Below, piece by piece: positions 19,188-29,395 of a DNA stretch of 64,000 nt. Source of the DNA: Desulfatiglandales bacterium (GTDB lineage Bacteria > Desulfobacterota > DSM-4660 > Desulfatiglandales > Desulfatiglandaceae); the NCBI GenBank assembly GCA_963663335.2, contig CAXXLN010000003.1, positions 332,358 to 396,357 of the forward strand, read 5' to 3'. Within the stretch, counting starts at the first letter, position 1; each line of letters starts with the position of its first letter. A model generated the notes under the pieces. The model was not told the DNA's origin and ran no database searches. It was given only the letters and a program-made list of their open reading frames with translations. The position numbers and the translations under genes were made by a program.

Positions 19188-20915
19188 TTATTTCTCACCC
19201 AAGATCTCTCTCAACTTCTGTGATAATTCATTCATTTTAAAAGGTTTCTGAATAAATCCGTTGCACCCTCGATCTAATATCCTGGTTGCTTGGCCATCGG
19301 TGCTGTATCCACTGGAAAGGAGGACCTTGACATCGGGGTCTATCTCTTTCAACCTGTCATAAGTTTCAGCCCCGCCCATGTCCGGCATGATCATGTCCAG
19401 AACCACCACATCAATCCGGTCTTTGTTTTCCTCATATATCCGGATGGCCTCCCTTCCGTTTCCGGCCATCAAAACTTTGTAACCCAAGAACCCTAACAGG
19501 TCTTCGACAACTTCTGCTATCATTTCCTCGTCATCCACGAAAAGGATGGTCTCGGACCCCGTCAACTTCTGAACGGCCGGCTTTCTTTCCGAAACAATCT
19601 CTTTCTCGGAAGCCGGTAGATAAAAAATGAAGGTGCTGCCATGCCCTTTTTCACTGTGAACTTGGATAAATCCGCCATGATTCTGGATGATGCCGTATGC
19701 CGAGGCCAATCCCAGGCCGGTGCCCCGTCCTATTTCCTTGGTCGTGAAGAACGGATCAAATATCCTTTTCCGGGTTTCTCCATCCATTCCAATCCCTGTG
19801 TCGGTAACCGATATTTTCACATATTTCCCGGGTTGGGTTGAAAAAGATTTCACATGGTTTTCATCAAGGACCACATTTTCCGTTGTCAAATACAGCTTGC
19901 CCCCTTCCGGCATCGCATGCCAGGCATTGACATAAAGATTCAACAGAACCTGTTCAATCTGTCCGGGATCCACGTCCACAGGCCAAATATCAGACTCGTA
20001 TTTTCCACGTATGGTGATCTCCTTCTTAGTCCGGCCAAACAGTCTATTATGTTTCTTGATAAGTTCATTTAAATCAATTGGCTTGACTTCATACTTTCCT
20101 CCCCTGGCAAAGGCCAAGAGCTGTTGGGTCAGTTCCGATGCACTTTCCACATGACTTTCGATTTCACTCAGATGTTCGAAATCCGGATGGGAAGAATCCT
20201 TATCCACGAGCATGAGAGAGGTGCGACTCTGGATGGACATGAGCAGGTTGTTGAAGTCATGGGCGATACCTCCCGCAAGCGTGCCCAAAGCCTCAAGCTT
20301 CTGGGATTGCAGAAATTTTTCTTCCATGCGCATTCTTTCGGTTTCCGCCCTTTTCCGATCGGTGATGTCGCTTATTACGCCACTGACCTGTTTTGCGTCT
20401 TCTCCTTTGTCCGTCACAAAAATAAATTCCAAACGGGCATAAAACACACGACCGTCTTTTTTCATAAATCTCAGCTCGCACGGCTGGTTGGTCTTTTTTT
20501 CCAGAAACCGTTGTCGGTGTTTATGGAAAATGTCTTGGTCGTCGCTCAGAACAAAGCGGGTGAAAGGCTGTTCGATCAAGGCCTCCCGTTCTATTCCCAA
20601 CATGGTGGAGATGGTGAGATTGGCCTCTTTGATGATTCCCTTCTCGTTCAACGTAAAATAGCCGACGGGTGCGAAATCATAAAGATGGGAATACCTGGCC
20701 CGCGCTTTTTCAAGTGCAACCTGTGTGTGGCGGAGCTCATCATTCTGCATCTTTAACTCAATCTGATGAACCTGAAGCTCATGGATGAGATTCGCCATCT
20801 CTTCAGGGGGCATTTCTGAAAAAGCCTCGGTGTTGCCGGCCTCCATGTCAAACTTCCTTTCCGCCCGCTGTCTGAGTTTGGAATCCTCACGTGCCTCTTT
20901 CTCGCTTTTCATCAT
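19188..20915 (-). CDS. PAS-domain hybrid histidine kinase/receiver
   Basis: HELQVHQIELKMQN, PAS, GGIAHDFNNLL, DTGIGM, C-terminal receiver. Confidence 0.92.
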   Translation of the reverse strand: MMKSEKEAREDSKLRQRAERKFDMEAGNTEAFSEMPPEEMANLIHELQVHQIELKMQNDELRHTQVALEKARARYSHLYDFAPVGYFTLNEKGIIKEANLTISTMLGIEREALIEQPFTRFVLSDDQDIFHKHRQRFLEKKTNQPCELRFMKKDGRVFYARLEFIFVTDKGEDAKQVSGVISDITDRKRAETERMRMEEKFLQSQKLEALGTLAGGIAHDFNNLLMSIQSRTSLMLVDKDSSHPDFEHLSEIESHVESASELTQQLLAFARGGKYEVKPIDLNELIKKHNRLFGRTKKEITIRGKYESDIWPVDVDPGQIEQVLLNLYVNAWHAMPEGGKLYLTTENVVLDENHVKSFSTQPGKYVKISVTDTGIGMDGETRKRIFDPFFTTKEIGRGTGLGLASAYGIIQNHGGFIQVHSEKGHGSTFIFYLPASEKEIVSERKPAVQKLTGSETILFVDDEEMIAEVVEDLLGFLGYKVLMAGNGREAIRIYEENKDRIDVVVLDMIMPDMGGAETYDRLKEIDPDVKVLLSSGYSTDGQATRILDRGCNGFIQKPFKMNELSQKLREILGEK

Positions 20916-21135
20916 TTCCTCTCATTTTTCGATCAACCAAGCAAAATTCCACTAGATGAAAGACAGTTTACACCATTTTTCAGGCGGATGCCAGTTGTAA
21001 AATTCAAACCTGTACAGCGCAAGAATGCATTCGCCATTTACAGATCACATAATGGCTGGGCCGTCGGTGTCTAAAATTTTCTTGTTATTTCCGGAATTCT
21101 AAACGTCTTTGGGTGGGGTCTTGGATAACGTCATA

Positions 21136-21162
21136 AGGGCAGGCACGGGGGCCTGCCCCTAC
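21136..21162 (-). repeat. GTAG-family REP palindrome
   Basis: Minus strand GTAGGGGCAGGCCCCCGTGCCTGCCCT, just downstream of the thiolase stop. Confidence 0.65.
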
Positions 21163-21182
21163 GATCGCATGTCGTGATCGGG

Positions 21183-22436
21183 TTAACACATCTCCAGGGC
21201 GCAGGCCATGGAAACGCCGCCGCCGCCGCACAGGGTGGCCAGCCCGAGATTGTTGCCTCTCTTTTTCATGGCATAAAGGAGGGTGACCATGATGCGGCAT
21301 CCCGTGGACCCCACCGGATGGCCCAGACCGATGCCGGATCCGTTGACATTGGTGATTTCCCGGTTCAGCCCCAGTTCGATTTCACACCCAAGATATTGGG
21401 CGGCAAAGGCTTCGTTGACTTCGATCAGCTCAAAATCCTCCAGCTTGATATCCGGGTTTCGTTTGAAAAGGTCTTTGACGGCCGGTACGGGGCTCAATCC
21501 CATGACCGAAGGATGACATGCGCCGCGGCCGATGGCCTTGATCCTGGCCATGGGTTCGAGACCCAGTTCTTTGGCTTTGTCGGCGCTCATGATGATCATG
21601 GCGCTGGAACCGTCGTTAATGCCGGAAGCATTTCCCGCGGTAACCTTTCCGATTTTCGGGACAAAAGCCGGAGGGAGTTTCGCCAATTGCTCCATTGTGA
21701 TCCCGGGTCTGAAATGTTCGTCCTTATCAAAAATGATCGGGGTTTTCCCCCTTTTCTGGGGGATTTCCATTGCAACGATCTCGTCCCTGAAATCCCCTTC
21801 CAATGTGGCCCGTTCCGTGTTGTTGTGGCTTCTGAGGGCCACTTCGTCCATGGCTTCCCGGCTGATGTTGTGGAGTTGGGCGATCAGTTCCGCGGTCTGC
21901 CCCATGATATAGGGTTTCCCTTTAAAGAGTTCCAGGGGCATGCCTTCTTTTACAGGCCCTTCTTCCGGGTGGGGGAGGAGATGGGAACCGCAGTGAAGGG
22001 CGTGGATCATGGAGTCCACAAAGACATGGTCCTGCAGTCGGCATCCCCAGCGGGCGCCCGGCACCGTGTAAGGGGCGCCGGACATATGCTCCGTACCGCC
22101 GGCCAGAATGATATCGGCCATTTCGGCCTGTATCATGGCCATGCCGGAAATCACCGCTTCCATGCCGGATATGCAGACGCGGTTGATGGTGGCCGCCGTA
22201 ACGTGGTCGGGAATTCCCGCCATGAGTGCGGAGACCCTTGATACGTTGAGGGCATCCGCCGGTTCCAGGCAACATCCGAAACGGACGTCATCAATCAATC
22301 CGGGGTCAATGCCTGCCCTACGAATGGCTTCTTTCATGCTGACGCTGCCGATCACGGCCGCATTTGAATCTCTCAGTGTGCCGCCAAAGGCGCCGATGGC
22401 CGTTCTGCAAGCCGAGACGATAACGACTTCTTTCAT
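21183..22436 (-). CDS. Acetyl-CoA acyltransferase (thiolase)
   Basis: INRVCISG, TAGNASGINDG, NEAFAAQ, GHPVGSTG, LCGGGG. Confidence 0.93.
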   Translation of the reverse strand: MKEVVIVSACRTAIGAFGGTLRDSNAAVIGSVSMKEAIRRAGIDPGLIDDVRFGCCLEPADALNVSRVSALMAGIPDHVTAATINRVCISGMEAVISGMAMIQAEMADIILAGGTEHMSGAPYTVPGARWGCRLQDHVFVDSMIHALHCGSHLLPHPEEGPVKEGMPLELFKGKPYIMGQTAELIAQLHNISREAMDEVALRSHNNTERATLEGDFRDEIVAMEIPQKRGKTPIIFDKDEHFRPGITMEQLAKLPPAFVPKIGKVTAGNASGINDGSSAMIIMSADKAKELGLEPMARIKAIGRGACHPSVMGLSPVPAVKDLFKRNPDIKLEDFELIEVNEAFAAQYLGCEIELGLNREITNVNGSGIGLGHPVGSTGCRIMVTLLYAMKKRGNNLGLATLCGGGGVSMACALEMC

Positions 22437-22504
22437 TTTTGCTCCTTTCATGGGCCGCGCTTTTAGACTCTTGCACGGCATAAAAATAGTCTATGGGGTC
22501 GGTC

Positions 22505-23695
22505 TTAAATTATATTTCTTTCCTTCAGTCCGATTAAGGATTCTTCATCATAGCCGAGACGATCACCATAAATCTCCCGGTTGTGTTCGCCGAAACGGGG
22601 TGGGAAGCTCAGGCGTTTTTCAGCTTGTTCAAGCCAGGGGGTCATGTAGGGAGGTGGCGCAAGGGTGATCTGGGCGCCGGTTTTTTCGTCTTTGGCAAAG
22701 AGCAGCCGCCGCGCCACAAGAGGATCCGCCACAACTTCGGCCAGGGTATTGATCTTGCTCGCGGGAAGGGTGATGGATTTGAACAGCGCTATCAGGTCGT
22801 CGGCCGTGTGGTTGATGGTGATCGCTTCAATCCGTTGATTCAGGTTTTGAACATCCGCGATGCGTCCCGCATTTTTTTCATAGGCCGGTGTGTTCAGGGA
22901 CTTGAAGATATCCTGTGATATCAGCGAATTCCACTGTCGGTCATTGCCCACGGCCAGATAAACAAAGCCGTCTCTGGTTTTGTACACCGAAACCGGACAG
23001 AAAAACTCATGGGTGTTCCCCCTTCGCGTACAATTTTTGTCAAAGCTGGCCGTAAAGGTGATGGGAACCGTCAGCCAGGACAGTGACGATTCGAACATGG
23101 AAAGATTGATGCAGGCGCCTTTTCCCGTAGCTTCTCTCCGGTAAAACGCTTTCATCAACTGGCCGTAGGCGTGTTCGCTGGTTCCCATATCGGGGAGGGG
23201 AATGCCCAGGACCTGTGGCGCCGTCAGGGCTTCTCCGGTCATTTCCATTAAACCGCTTCTGGCCTGCAAAATGGGGTCATAGGCGCCTTCGTTACTGTCC
23301 GGCCCGAATCCGGTGACGCCCAGCCATATGATATCCGGCTTTATGGTGCGAAGGGTTTCGTAATCGATTCCCAATTTTCTGTAATTCTTCGGGAGCTGGT
23401 TGGTGGCAAATACATCGATATTCAGATCTATGATGAGCCGATGAAAAATGTCCCGGCCCTCGGGTTCTGCCAGGTTCAGTGTCAGCGCCTTTTTTCCGGC
23501 GTTGATGCATAAAAAATAGCTGTTCATCCGTTCCTCATGGAGGACATTGTCGCCGATCATCCGGTTGGGATCGCCATAAACCGGGTGCTCCAGTCGAATC
23601 ACTTGAACCCCGTCGTGGGCCAACCTGTAGGTTAGATACGGCAGCACCGTGGCCTGCTCCAATGATAAGACGGTGAGATTTCTTAAAAGATCCAT
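22505..23695 (-). CDS. Family III (CaiB/BaiF) CoA-transferase
   Basis: NAGKKALTLNL, VTGFGP..AYDPILQARSGLM, PPRFGEHN. Confidence 0.9.
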   Translation of the reverse strand: MDLLRNLTVLSLEQATVLPYLTYRLAHDGVQVIRLEHPVYGDPNRMIGDNVLHEERMNSYFLCINAGKKALTLNLAEPEGRDIFHRLIIDLNIDVFATNQLPKNYRKLGIDYETLRTIKPDIIWLGVTGFGPDSNEGAYDPILQARSGLMEMTGEALTAPQVLGIPLPDMGTSEHAYGQLMKAFYRREATGKGACINLSMFESSLSWLTVPITFTASFDKNCTRRGNTHEFFCPVSVYKTRDGFVYLAVGNDRQWNSLISQDIFKSLNTPAYEKNAGRIADVQNLNQRIEAITINHTADDLIALFKSITLPASKINTLAEVVADPLVARRLLFAKDEKTGAQITLAPPPYMTPWLEQAEKRLSFPPRFGEHNREIYGDRLGYDEESLIGLKERNII

Positions 23696-23764
23696 GGATT
23701 CCCTTTCTCTTTGTGTCAAAAAAATACTTATATATTGGAAATTATTAGGCTATGTCAAGAAATT

Positions 23765-24814
23765 TTAGTCTTGTGTTCCATGCCGGTTCTTCTGGAAACG
23801 CCTTACGGCCCTGTTGTGTTCCCTCAAAGTTCCCGAGAAATAGTGGGTACCGTCATTCTTGGAAACAAAATAGCAATAATTCCCGTCGGCCGGGTTGAGT
23901 ACCGCTTTTATGGCGGCCAGTCCCGGATTTGAAATGGGACCGGGTGGAAGCCCGTTGATCACATAGGTGTTGTAAGGTGTTTTGGTCCTCAAATCCTTTC
24001 TTGTGAGATTCCCGTCAAAGTTGCTAATGCCATAGATAACCGTGGGGTCGCTTTCAAGCCGCATGTTTCTGCTCAGGCGGTTTAAGAATACACGGGCAAT
24101 CATGGGCCTTTCTTCGGGTTGGCCCGTTTCTTTTTCAACGATGGAGGCCAGGGTGATGACCTGCCCGAGGGTCATTCCCGAATCTTTTATTTGCGCTTCA
24201 AGTGGCCTGACAATATGGCGAAAGCGCTTGACCATCACGCTGATAATCCTGCCCGCCTTTTCATTACGCCGAAACCGGTATGTATCCGGGTAGAGATACC
24301 CTTCAAGGGTCTCCCCGGAAAAATCCAGGCTTTGCACCAGGGATCTGTCTTCGACCTGTTCCAGAAAAGATGTTTTATGGGTGAGGCCTTTCTCCTCCAA
24401 CAAGTCGGCAATCTGGTTCAGGTTGAAACCCTCGGGGATGGTAACGGAGTAGGCAATGGTCCGACCTTTCTCGAGGATTTCCAGAATTTTTAGAGGAGAC
24501 ATGGCGCTGTTAAGCTGGTATTCGCCCGTTTTGATCCGTTGGTCGTATCCCTTGAGACGGCCCGACAGACGAAACAGGGTGCTGCTCGGGATAATGCCCG
24601 CTTTTTCAAGATCGAATGCGACCTGTTTCAGTGTTGTCCCCTCTTTTACCTCGAAAACCCGGGTTTTGCCCTTGTTATCAAGAGGCTGAAGCGCGTGATG
24701 GACCCATGCGGCCATCAGCAAAGAGAACAACAGAAGAACAAATGCCGTCCCCAGCAGGAGGGTTCGCTTTTTTCTACCGAAACCCCGGGGTGTTTTGCTT
24801 GCTTCTGCACTCAT
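23765..24814 (-). CDS. mltG: Endolytic transglycosylase MltG
   Basis: N-terminal TM, TIPEG, LEGYLYPDTY, LASIVEKET, LESDPT, PYNTY..GLPPGPISNPG. Confidence 0.93.
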   Translation of the reverse strand: MSAEASKTPRGFGRKKRTLLLGTAFVLLLFSLLMAAWVHHALQPLDNKGKTRVFEVKEGTTLKQVAFDLEKAGIIPSSTLFRLSGRLKGYDQRIKTGEYQLNSAMSPLKILEILEKGRTIAYSVTIPEGFNLNQIADLLEEKGLTHKTSFLEQVEDRSLVQSLDFSGETLEGYLYPDTYRFRRNEKAGRIISVMVKRFRHIVRPLEAQIKDSGMTLGQVITLASIVEKETGQPEERPMIARVFLNRLSRNMRLESDPTVIYGISNFDGNLTRKDLRTKTPYNTYVINGLPPGPISNPGLAAIKAVLNPADGNYCYFVSKNDGTHYFSGTLREHNRAVRRFQKNRHGTQD

Positions 24815-25773
24815 GATACCGTCAGTTCATCACGATGAGCGCGGATTTTGGCCATCAGTGCTCCGATACCCTGAGCGGGCGCGTTGCGGCCCCCCAGGTT
24901 CGACAGGGTTTCAAGGAAGGCTCTGGCAGGGGGAGAGAGCTTCTGATCTTCCAGATAAGCGATGCTCACATTCAGAAAGAGGGTTTCGTCGTGAATGGGC
25001 AACGATTTAAAAAGGCCCTGCTCCAATTCAAGCAGAACCGCGGATTCCACCAGAAAGGCGATTCCCTCACCCCGTTGCACTTCCATCTTGATGAATTCCG
25101 TGTTGCTGGTTTCCATCACGATGTTGGGTGTCCGGTTGGCGCGGAAAAACAAGTCATCAACGAGATGCCGTGTTCCGGAACCGCCTTCTTTCATAATGAT
25201 TCTTTCACGGGCCAGTTCTTCTGCCGTAACGGCGGTTCTACCGGCGAGGGGATGTTCGGGATGGGCGATGGCAACAATTGCTTCGCGGCTGAGCGGCAGA
25301 AATCGGACACCCGGGTGACTGAGAATTTTTGCGATTATGACGATTTCATTTTTGAAATCAGTCAGGCTTTGAACCATTGCCTGGGAACTCCCCTCATCCA
25401 GATGGATGCGGATGTCCGAATAGGTCTGGTGAAAGCGGGTCAGCAGAAAGGGCATGAAGTATCGTGCGTAGGTTTTGGTGGTCCCCAATCGAAGGACGCC
25501 CCTCTTTAATTCACGCATTTCCTCAATGGCAAACTCAATTTCCTTTTCATAGCCGAACACGTGTTTTGTGTATTCAAAGAGCGTTCGGCCCTCATCCGTC
25601 AAATAGACCCCGCGACCCTTCTTTCTGAAAAGCTTCAGCTCACAATATTCTTCAAGCAATTTGATCTGTGCGGTTACCGCCGGCTGGGTAATAAAAAGAT
25701 CTCTTGCAGCCGCGGTAAAGTTGAGATTCCTGGCGGCATGATGAAAGATGCGGAGCTGGTTAAAATTGAGCAT
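24811..25773 (-). CDS. LysR-family transcriptional regulator
   Basis: NFTAAARDLFITQPAVTAQIKLLE HTH; substrate-binding domain. Confidence 0.92.
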   Translation of the reverse strand: MLNFNQLRIFHHAARNLNFTAAARDLFITQPAVTAQIKLLEEYCELKLFRKKGRGVYLTDEGRTLFEYTKHVFGYEKEIEFAIEEMRELKRGVLRLGTTKTYARYFMPFLLTRFHQTYSDIRIHLDEGSSQAMVQSLTDFKNEIVIIAKILSHPGVRFLPLSREAIVAIAHPEHPLAGRTAVTAEELARERIIMKEGGSGTRHLVDDLFFRANRTPNIVMETSNTEFIKMEVQRGEGIAFLVESAVLLELEQGLFKSLPIHDETLFLNVSIAYLEDQKLSPPARAFLETLSNLGGRNAPAQGIGALMAKIRAHRDELTVS

Positions 25774-25829
25774 GCTTGATAATCGTCCGGAACATGGAAC
25801 CATTAACAGTATGATGAGCGAAACCATCC

Positions 25830-25895
25830 ATAATTAGAGGTTATGAATACCATAAAAATTATCCAATTGACACGTTTTTTTTTATGGGAGATGAT
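25830..25895 (+). promoter_or_regulatory. LysR-type binding box and adjacent sigma70-like promoter facing ubiD
   Basis: ATAA-N7-TTAT (T-N11-A) at 25830-25844; TTGACA 25867-25872 -N17- GATGAT. Confidence 0.45.
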
Positions 25896-26059
25896 GCTGC
25901 ATCATGATTCGAGTTTTCGTCTGACTGAACCCTGCCCAAAGCCTGACTTTTTTTGGTTTCTTGAATTTTTTGTTAACTTTTTTGGATTGATAGATCCTTT
26001 TTCCCTTCTATTCGGGAACGGGTGTCTCCAAAAGGGCTTGCGGGCGTATACGGTAGAAA

Positions 26060-26075
26060 GTTCACTTCAGTGAAC
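26060..26075. promoter_or_regulatory. GTTC-N8-GAAC operator copy 1 (upstream of the ubiD operon)
   Basis: GTTCACTTCAGTGAAC. Confidence 0.6.
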
Positions 26076-26217
26076 GGGTTTTGGCCCATTTCACAAGGTG
26101 AAATGGTTGAACGCTTTTGACCGCGTTTGAGCCGCTTTTAATTCGTGTCGACGGGACACTTCAGGATGAAACGGCGAAACGCGCAAGTAAACCATATTTT
26201 TAAGGAGGTATGATTCG

Positions 26218-27627
26218 ATGAAAAGCATGAGAGATTTTATTGAGCTGGCGGAAAAGGAAGGTGAACTCAAAAGAATCACGGCGGAAGTGGACTGGAACCT
26301 TGAGTTGAGCCACATTGCCAAATTGAACGAGGAAGCTCAGGGTCCCGCGCTCCTGTTTGAAAACATCAAAGATTACGATACGCCGGTGATCACCAGCGCC
26401 TGTACCACCTCCCAGAAACTGGCCCTCATTATGGGGATGCCCAAGGATACCCCCCTTCCGGAGATCCTGCGCGGATGGGTGAAGATGGGCGAAAACCCCA
26501 TTCCGGCCAAAATGGTGGACAAAAAAGATGCTCCCTGCAAACAGAACATTATCATGGGCGATGATGTGGACCTTTACAAGTTTCCCGTCCCCCATTTCTT
26601 CCCCCTGGACGGCGGCCGGTATATTGGAACAGCCCATTTTATCGTCACCAAGGATCCTGAATCCGGCTGGGTGAACCTGGGCACCTACCGAAGCCAGTTG
26701 CTGGGCAAAAACAAGATCGGAACCCAGTTCATCAAAGGAAAGCATGCGGACCAGATGCTGAAGAAATACCAGAAGATGGGAAAATCCATGCCGTGTGCCT
26801 CCATCATCGGTTGTGATCCATTGCTCTTCATCCTGGGAGCGGCCAGGGTTTCCGCGGGAATCAGTGAATATGACGTTTATGGCGCCATCCGCGGCGAGGC
26901 CTGTGAAGTGGTGATGGGAGAGACCGTCGATCTGCCCATCCCGGCCCATGCTGAAATCGTTCTGGAAGGGGAATGTGACCCGGAAAAATTCATGGAAGAA
27001 GGCCCTTTTGGTGAGTACACCGGATACTACTCGGGTGTGGGGACCGATCCCAGAAACTACATGGACATCAAATGCGTCACCCATCGTGACAATCCCATTA
27101 TGCACTCCACCACCGTGGGCCGGGCCGTCACCGACACCCATATGGTCATGGCCCTTTCCTACGGTGCCACCTTGTGGCAGCAGTTGGCCGAGGAAATGCA
27201 CATTCCGGGCATTAAAAGTGTTTACTGTCCGCCTGAAGGTTCCGGACGTTTTCTGGCCATTATTTCCGTGGAAACGCGGTATCCCGGCCACGCTGATCAG
27301 GTGTTGACCGCCGCAATATCAACGGAAATGGGCGCCTACGGGCTCAAAACCGTTATTGTGGTGGACGACGACATCGATGCATGGGATATTCCGAGGGTCA
27401 TGTATGCGCTGAGCTTCCGGTTCCAGCCGAACCGAAGCCAGGTCATCAAGCGGGGACGTTCTACACCGCTGGATCCGTCACTGCCCATCGAAGCCAGAGA
27501 GATCACCGGGAGGCTTCTGCTGGATGCGACCATTCCTTACGAATGGAAAGAAAAACCGATTCCCATTACCCTCGATCCGGATATGGTGGAAAGGGTGAAA
27601 GGCCGCTGGTCCGAGTTGGGATTCTGA
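26218..27627 (+). CDS. UbiD-family (de)carboxylase resembling the phenylphosphate carboxylase beta subunit
   Basis: ELKRITAEVDWNLELSHIAKL..GPALLFE, FFPLDGGRYIGT, NLGTYR, EGPFGEYTGYY, IKRGRSTPLDP closely recall PpcB. Confidence 0.9.
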   Translation: MKSMRDFIELAEKEGELKRITAEVDWNLELSHIAKLNEEAQGPALLFENIKDYDTPVITSACTTSQKLALIMGMPKDTPLPEILRGWVKMGENPIPAKMVDKKDAPCKQNIIMGDDVDLYKFPVPHFFPLDGGRYIGTAHFIVTKDPESGWVNLGTYRSQLLGKNKIGTQFIKGKHADQMLKKYQKMGKSMPCASIIGCDPLLFILGAARVSAGISEYDVYGAIRGEACEVVMGETVDLPIPAHAEIVLEGECDPEKFMEEGPFGEYTGYYSGVGTDPRNYMDIKCVTHRDNPIMHSTTVGRAVTDTHMVMALSYGATLWQQLAEEMHIPGIKSVYCPPEGSGRFLAIISVETRYPGHADQVLTAAISTEMGAYGLKTVIVVDDDIDAWDIPRVMYALSFRFQPNRSQVIKRGRSTPLDPSLPIEAREITGRLLLDATIPYEWKEKPIPITLDPDMVERVKGRWSELGF

Positions 27628-27652
27628 TTCGAATCTAAAAATTTCTAATCCC

Positions 27653-27678
27653 GGCCCATCGCTTGCGAGCGATGGGCC
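27653..27678 (+). terminator. Intergenic 11-bp hairpin (terminator or mRNA stabiliser) between ubiD and the ligase
   Basis: GGCCCATCGCT-TGCG-AGCGATGGGCC followed by TTATT. Confidence 0.6.
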
Positions 27679-27739
27679 TTATTCAATCTCCCGAAATAAA
27701 CCAATCCCTGATGCCTGATTATACCTTAGGAGGCGACCC

Positions 27740-29395
27740 ATGAAACCGATTCGATACAAAGAAAAAATGGTGCAGGAATTCCTGGATGACGGACACTGGA
27801 CCGAAGAGCTCTTCTATGATTTCTATGACCGCAATGCAAAGGAAATGCCCGATCAAGAAGCCCTCGTGGATTCAAAATACCGCGTAACCTGGGGGCAGGC
27901 GAAGAAAATGGTGGATGCCATGGCTATCTCCTGGGTTGAAATGGAGATTCCCAAATCCGCTCGCGTCATTATTCAATCTCCCAACAGTGTTTACGGGTTC
28001 CTGGCCAGAGTGGCCTGTGAACGGGCGGGGCTTATCTCCCTCACGGTTTATCCCTATTTGAGGCAGCGCGAACTGGAGTACATGCTGGAGAAAACCGAGG
28101 CCACCGCCGTGGTGATCCCGGAGGTCTATCACAAATTCAATTATCTGGACATGTACAAGGATCTCCAAAAACGATTCTCCCATTTGAAATATTTTTTTCT
28201 GTTCGACGATAAAGTCCCCGAAGGCGCCCCGGAAGGAACATATTCGGTGGTCCAAATGGTGGAAGACCGCATGAAAAAGCCCGTGGATGAGGCTGTTTTA
28301 AACGAAAGAAGACTCGATGCCAAATGGGACGTGGCGCTTCTAACCACCACCAGCGGCACCACGGGAATTCCGAAACTGGTGGAATGGCCCACCGCCCCAA
28401 GGGTCTGCACTTCCAAGGGAAGGGTGGGGATCTGGAATCTCAACAAAGACGACATTACCATGGCCATTGCGCCCCATGCGGGCGGCGCCGCCGGAACCCT
28501 TACTTATTTTGCGGCGCCCATTGCCGGCGCCAAGACCGTCATGTTGGAGGAGTTTACCCCCGAAGGGGCACTGGCGCTCATTGAAAAGGAAAAGGCCACG
28601 GCCATCGGTGTGGTCCCCACTCACCTGGTACGGATGCTGGAAGCGGATGTTAAGAAATACGATCTCAGTTCTTTACGGTTTATCCGTTCCGCCGGCGGGT
28701 ATCTCTCCCCCCAGGTGGCGGAGGAAGCGGAAGATGCCTTCGGGGCCAGTATTACCAGCGATCTGGGCACCCAGGACAAGGGGTCGGTCTCCGGTTGCAG
28801 TGTGGAAGATTCCAAGGAACTCCGCAGACGCACTGTGGGCCGCATGCTGCCCGGCAACAAGGTACGTCTGGTGGATGAAGAGGGAAATGTGGTGCCCGAA
28901 GGCGAACCCGGGATCCTCTATTTGAGGGGCCCCCACGCACCGGCCGGATACTACCGGGACGAAGAATTGACGGCCACCGTGTTCGACGAAGACGGGTGGT
29001 GTACCACGGAAGATATCGTCTGCTTCGACCAGGGCTGCCTCTGGATCATGGGACGCGCCAAGGACATGATCATTCGCGGCGGTCAGAATATTTACCCGGC
29101 GGAAGTGGAAGGGTTGCTCAACGAGCATCCCAAAGTCTCATCCGTCGCCATTGTGGGGTATCCCGATCGGGCCATGGGAGAGAAGTGCGCCGCTTATGTA
29201 ATTCCCAAACCGGGCGAGACCTTCACCTTTGAAGAAATGGTGGAATTCCTGAAGGGAAAACAGCTGGCCATGTTCAAGCTTCCGGAGCGTCTGGAAGTGG
29301 TGGATGAATTTCCCGCGGTGGGAGATTCCGGTAAGGTTAACAAAGAAACCTTGAAGAAGATGATCAAAGAGAAAGTCGAGGCAGAGCAGGGCTGA
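27740..29395 (+). CDS. AMP-forming aryl/acyl-CoA ligase (DhbE/cyclohexanecarboxylate-CoA ligase-like)
   Basis: TTSGTTGIPK, GRAKDMIIRGGQNIYPAEVE, KLPERLEVV, SGKVNK. Confidence 0.9.
   Translation: MKPIRYKEKMVQEFLDDGHWTEELFYDFYDRNAKEMPDQEALVDSKYRVTWGQAKKMVDAMAISWVEMEIPKSARVIIQSPNSVYGFLARVACERAGLISLTVYPYLRQRELEYMLEKTEATAVVIPEVYHKFNYLDMYKDLQKRFSHLKYFFLFDDKVPEGAPEGTYSVVQMVEDRMKKPVDEAVLNERRLDAKWDVALLTTTSGTTGIPKLVEWPTAPRVCTSKGRVGIWNLNKDDITMAIAPHAGGAAGTLTYFAAPIAGAKTVMLEEFTPEGALALIEKEKATAIGVVPTHLVRMLEADVKKYDLSSLRFIRSAGGYLSPQVAEEAEDAFGASITSDLGTQDKGSVSGCSVEDSKELRRRTVGRMLPGNKVRLVDEEGNVVPEGEPGILYLRGPHAPAGYYRDEELTATVFDEDGWCTTEDIVCFDQGCLWIMGRAKDMIIRGGQNIYPAEVEGLLNEHPKVSSVAIVGYPDRAMGEKCAAYVIPKPGETFTFEEMVEFLKGKQLAMFKLPERLEVVDEFPAVGDSGKVNKETLKKMIKEKVEAEQG

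Noticed and set aside
21183-23695. Thiolase and CoA-transferase as part of the UbiD/Hcr regulon
   Set aside because: They are separated from it by mltG and lysR, and I found no GTTC-N8-GAAC site upstream, so the link is unsupported although not excluded.
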